Source of the DNA: Squalus acanthias
Taxonomy: Eukaryota
Direction of reading: 5' to 3'
DNA length: 64,000 nucleotides
NCBI GenBank assembly: GCA_030390025.1
Contig: CM059432.1
Coordinates: 91,452,001-91,516,000 of the forward strand
Shown here piece by piece: positions 59,525 through 64,000 of the stretch. Position 1 is the first letter of the stretch. Each line of letters opens with the position of its first letter. Position numbers and translations under genes: made by a program. The notes beneath the pieces are model-generated. The model searched no databases. It saw only the letters and a program-made list of their open reading frames with translations, and had not been told where the DNA came from.

Positions 59525-61436
59525 TAGAATGAAGGAAATATAAAGAATCTTTATCTCTAAAGTTGCTTTACCCCTATACAGAAAAGAGCATTCAGCTAAA
59601 TATAAGGAAATTATGTGTCACATGAACACACACTGCTTTCTGCAATGGCCCCTCATTTTCTACCAGCACCTAGTTATCCTCCTCTTCTCTTCTTTCTCAT
59701 CCCCCATCTTCCCTTTGTGTCTTAGCTTACATAAGAACATAAGAAATAGGAGCAGGAAGAGGCCATTTGGCCCTTCCAGACTGCTCTGCCATTCAATAAG
59801 ATCATGACTGATCTTCTACCTCATCTCCACTTACCTGAACTATCCCCATATCTCTTGATTCTATTAATATTCAAAAATCTATCGATCTCTGTCTTGATAT
59901 ACTCAACGACTGAGCCTCCACAGCCCTCTGTGGTAGAGAATTCCAAAGATTCACCACCCTCTGAGTGAAGAAATTTCTCCTCATCTCAATCCTAAATGGC
60001 TGACCCTTTATTCCAAGACTGTGACCCCTGGTTCTAGACTCCCTAGCCAGGGGAATCATCCTCCCTGCATCTACCCTGTCAAGCCCTGTAAGAATGTTGT
60101 ATGTTTCAATGAGATCACCTCTCATTCTTCTAAGCTTTAGAGAATATAGGCCTAGTCTACTCAATCTGTCCTCATAGGACAATCCTCCCCATCCCAAGAA
60201 CCAGTCTGGTGAACCTTCGTTGCACTCCCTCTATGGCAAGTATATCCTTTCTTAGGTAAGGAGACCAAAACTGTACACAATACTCCAGATGTGGTCTCAC
60301 CAGGGCCCTATATAATTGCAGTAAGACGTCTTTACTCTTATACTCAAATCCTCTTGTAATAAAGGCCAACATACCATTTGCTTTCTTAATTGCTTGCTGT
60401 ACCTGCATGTTAACTTTCAGTGATTCGCGTACAAGGACACCCAGGTCCCTCTGAACACCAACATTTCCCAATCTCTCACCATTTAAAAAATACTCTGCTT
60501 TTCTATTTTTCTACCAAAGTGGATAACTTCACATTTCTCCACATTATATTCCATTTGCCATGTTCTTGCCCACTCACCTTAGCCTGTCTATATCCCCTTG
60601 AAGCCCCCTTGCATCCTCCTCACAACTTATATTCCCACCCAGCTTTGTATAATCAGCAAACTTGGATATATTACATTTGGTCCCCTCATCCAAATCATTA
60701 ATGTAGATTGTGAATAGCTGAGGCCCAAGCACTGATCCTTGCGGTACCCCACTAGTTATAGCCTGCCAACCCGAAAATGACCCGTTTATTCCTACTCTCT
60801 GTTTTCTGTCCGTTAACCAATCCTCAATCCGTGCTAGCATATTATCCCCAATCCCATGAGCCCGAATTCTGTTTAATAACCTCTTGTGTGGCACCTTATC
60901 GAATGCCTTCTGAAAATCCAAATATACCACATCCACTGGTTCCTCCTTATCTATTCTGCTAGTTACAACCTCAAAAAACTCTTAATAGGTTTGTCAAACA
61001 CGATCTCCCTTTCATAAATCCGTGTTGACTCTGCCCAATCCTATTATTATTTTCTAAGTGCCCTGTTACCATGTCCTTAATAATAGATTCTAGCATTTTC
61101 CCTACTACTGATGTCAGGCTAACTGGTCTGTAGTTCCCCGTTTTCTGACTCCCTCCTTTCTTAAATAGTGGGGTTACATTTGCTACCTTCCAATCCGCGG
61201 GAACCGTTCTAGAATCTATGGAATTTTGGAAAATGACAGCCAATGCATCCACTATCTTTATAGCCAACTCTTTCATCAGGTTCAGGGGATTTAGCGGCTT
61301 TCAGTCCCATTAATATCTCCATTACTACTTTTTTACTAATACTAATATCTTTCAGTTCCTCATTCTCGCTAGATCCTTGGTTGTCCACTATTTCCGGGAA
61401 GCTTTTTGCATCTTCTTCTGTGAAGACAGACACTAG

Positions 61437-62589
61437 CGGGGTGATTTTTGCCAATGGGACCACGCTGGAGGTGGGACTACTGCTTGGTGGGTTTTAGTCC
61501 CGCCTCCATCGACTTGTGGCCAACCCACGCTATTTTCCCATGATTAACCTTGTTAAGCCCGCCCAGCGGGCTTAGCAGGCCAATTAAGGGGAAGCCGGTT
61601 ACAGAGAATTGTCATCGTTTGACAGCTCTGTGAAGCTGTCAAACACGGACATTCTCTGTTGTTTGATGAGTCCTTGTATTCAAGACTCATCAAACCTATC
61701 TGCTGAGCAGAAATCAGATGGCTGTTGCATCGGAGAATGCAGCAGCCATCTGTCATAGAAACATAGAAACATAGAAACATAGAATCTAGAAGCAGGAGTA
61801 GGCCATTCGGCCCGTCGAGCCTGCTCCACCATTCAATACGATCATGGCTGATCATCCAAATCCAGTACCCTGTCCCTGCTTTAATCCCCACAGTACACAT
61901 ATCCCACCCTACCCCCGTAACCCCACGTATTTAATTCCCCCTAACATATCCCATCCTATCCCCATAACCCCACATATTTAATCCCGCCTTAACACGAATG
62001 GGTCAATTTATCATAGCCAAATCAACCTAACCCGCACATTTTTGGACTGTGGGAGGAAACCGGAGCACCCGGAGGAAACCCACGCAGACACGGGGAGAAT
62101 GTGCAAACTCTCTGCCAGTGAGATGCGGGAGTCTCCGGTTCCCCAACTGTTGAAGCCTGCAGGAAGAAACAAAGGTAAGTAAACATTTTCTATCACTTTT
62201 CACTCACCTCACATACTTACCTCTCCACACTTGCACCCATCACTTACCTCGACAGCGCACTTTTGGACCCTTCCGACCCCCTCCGACCCACTGCTCGCCT
62301 TGGTGACCCTGGCAGGGTTTCCCGACGTCAGGAATCTCGCACCTCTGCTGGAAAAATGGGGATACTCCTCTTAACTGCCTGTTAACTACCTGTTAACAGG
62401 CAGTTAAGTGGCTGTAATCCCCTTCCCGCCTCCAGGAGACGGGACCCGGCGTGGGTCAGCTACCTGCCTCCTGGGAAGATGGCATGGAGGCGGGTTGGGG
62501 GTGGGATGGGTACCCGTCCCCAGATTCTGCCATTTTCTCGGCAGTCCCGCCTCCAAACCCACCTCCCCAGGGCTGGCAAAATCGCCCCC
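61437..62589. mobile_element. Harbinger-type MITE nested in CR1
   Basis: Ends (C)GGGGTGATTTTTGCCA / TGGCAAAATCGCCCCC; CR1 resumes on both sides. Confidence 0.75.
61756..62110 (-). mobile_element. 5'-truncated V-SINE (HE1-like) with CR1-derived tail
   Basis: V-domain GAGTTTGCACATTCTCCCCGTGTCTGCGTGGGTTTCCTCCGGGTGCTCCGGTTTCCTCCCACAGTCC; (TTTCTATG)n tail; TSD TCTGTCA/TCTGCCA. Confidence 0.85.
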
Positions 62590-62749
62590 AAAGTATTTGT
62601 TTAATTTCTCAGCCATTTCCTTATTCCCCATTATAATTTCTCCTGTCTCAGCCTGTAAGGAACCCACATTTACTTTCGCTAATCTTTTCCTTTTTACATA
62701 CCGATAGAAGCTTTTACAGTCTGTTTTTATGTCTCTCGCTATTACTGCT

Positions 62750-63600
62750 CCGCAATCACAAACTGGCACATATCTCTTTCCAAGAATATGTTGTACAGCA
62801 GACAGCATACCGTTCTCATTTTGCCAGCTATCTCTGGGGCATACTGTTGCACCTCGGTTTTGCCATAAACATCAGCACTATTGTTTCAACACACCATATC
62901 TGCTCTGAGATTTTTGCCTCTTGCATGTGCTTCGTTGTAGAGTATTTTCTGGGAGCAGTCTAATGATCTATTCAACCTGTTGTCATAGTGGAATATGTGA
63001 GGGATCTTTTATTCCCATGATAAGGGGATCCACGAAAATAAGGTGTTGACCTGCAGAATTCTTTGCTGATAGTCGAACAGCATTTGGACATTTATATAGA
63101 ATGGCATTCTTTTCTGTTGATGAACATGGTGGATGTTGTACAGTGTTTCAGTGACCACATTGTGCACCCTGAAAATGCCACGTCTTTCCAAAACCCTTGT
63201 GTGCCTCTTCTGCTCCTGCCATTTCTCATTTAATGTAGTCACCAGCACGTCAAAAAGGACATCTGTGAGCTCTTTTGCCATTGCCTAGTAAGAGGCAATG
63301 GCAAAAGTAGTTGAATGCCATTGTCACGTTTGCCACTATTAGCAGCATTTTGCTGATGTTGCTTCTCAGTTGCAGGTCACATTTCATCTGTGGCTTCCTT
63401 GTGAGACAAAGCCTTCTCATGAAGTTGTCCTTAATGAGGTTGAGTTAGCTCTACCATCTGCAGTAGAGACACTGACTGGTGGTAGCAAGACCTGGTGGTT
63501 CTCTTTCTATGTCCTTGAATCTTTCTGGCTCTGCTCTGCTGATGCTTTCCTCCCCCAGCATGTCCAATATTGGTAATTAATCCTTGCTGCTGTGTGCACT
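62750..63600 (-). pseudogene. Highly decayed Harbinger transposase
   Basis: INRKECHS/INVQMLFDYQQRILQVN, YNEAHARG..VLKQ, YAPE...VCCLLYNI remnants. Confidence 0.75.
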
Positions 63601-64000
63601 AAAACAGTTGAGTTTCTTCTTTGAATGTAACATGCTGTGCTCTGAGTTGGACCACTGCCTCAACTACACCTTTTAGAAAGGCCATCAGTAAGGTGATGTG
63701 AGCTGGAAGGCAAGCATGAGCAAATTTTTTGCATTTGCCTTTAATTAGTATTTAACAAGCCAGTACCATTAGCACTGGGTCTGTGCATTAACCTGGATTA
63801 CTCTCTGGAGAAATGTTAGGGACATAGACAAAAATTAGCAAACAATGTTTTACTGCTAATGCACAAAATTACATGAGTGCAGCCTTACCATCTGTATTAG
63901 GTCTAATGCACAAAAGAATTTAATTCCTTTGGAAAGCTGGAGACTGATCTATTAACAATAACCTGAAAAGGGCTAGACTTCAGAAGTGAAGAAGCTCACA

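Larger units (their letters stand above)
59729..62742 (-). mobile_element. CR1 LINE (HER1-like) ORF2 RT region, interrupted by a MITE
   Basis: NYRPVSLTSVVGKMLE, YLDFQKAFDKVPH, GVPQGSVLGP, KFADYTKLGG; (TTCTTATG)n tail. Confidence 0.93.

Overview
A repeat-saturated vertebrate genomic window. The mix of tRNA-Deu SINEs, an HE1-type V-SINE, CR1/L2/RTE LINEs and Penelope-like elements points to a cartilaginous fish (inference). I recognised no host protein-coding gene. There is a CpG-rich promoter-like region at ~2.4-2.8 kb with tentative minus-strand exons, and a repeat-free island at ~31.7-33 kb. The dominant structure is a PIF/Harbinger cluster at ~12.4-31 kb. It includes a full-length two-gene Harbinger (15745-19902) with an intact DDE transposase and a convergent 3-exon Myb/SANT partner gene that is frameshifted near its start. 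Two related non-autonomous elements sit in the same ~1 kb CR1 fragment, and three further decayed two-gene Harbingers lie nearby. These elements have short, often asymmetric TIRs (GGNNNAAAAATT) and variable 3-bp TSDs. Penelope-like elements carry minimal hammerhead-ribozyme motifs: three with intact cores, one of them in a ~94-bp solo insertion. One RTE LINE has a TSD-flanked 5' inversion of the twin-priming type.
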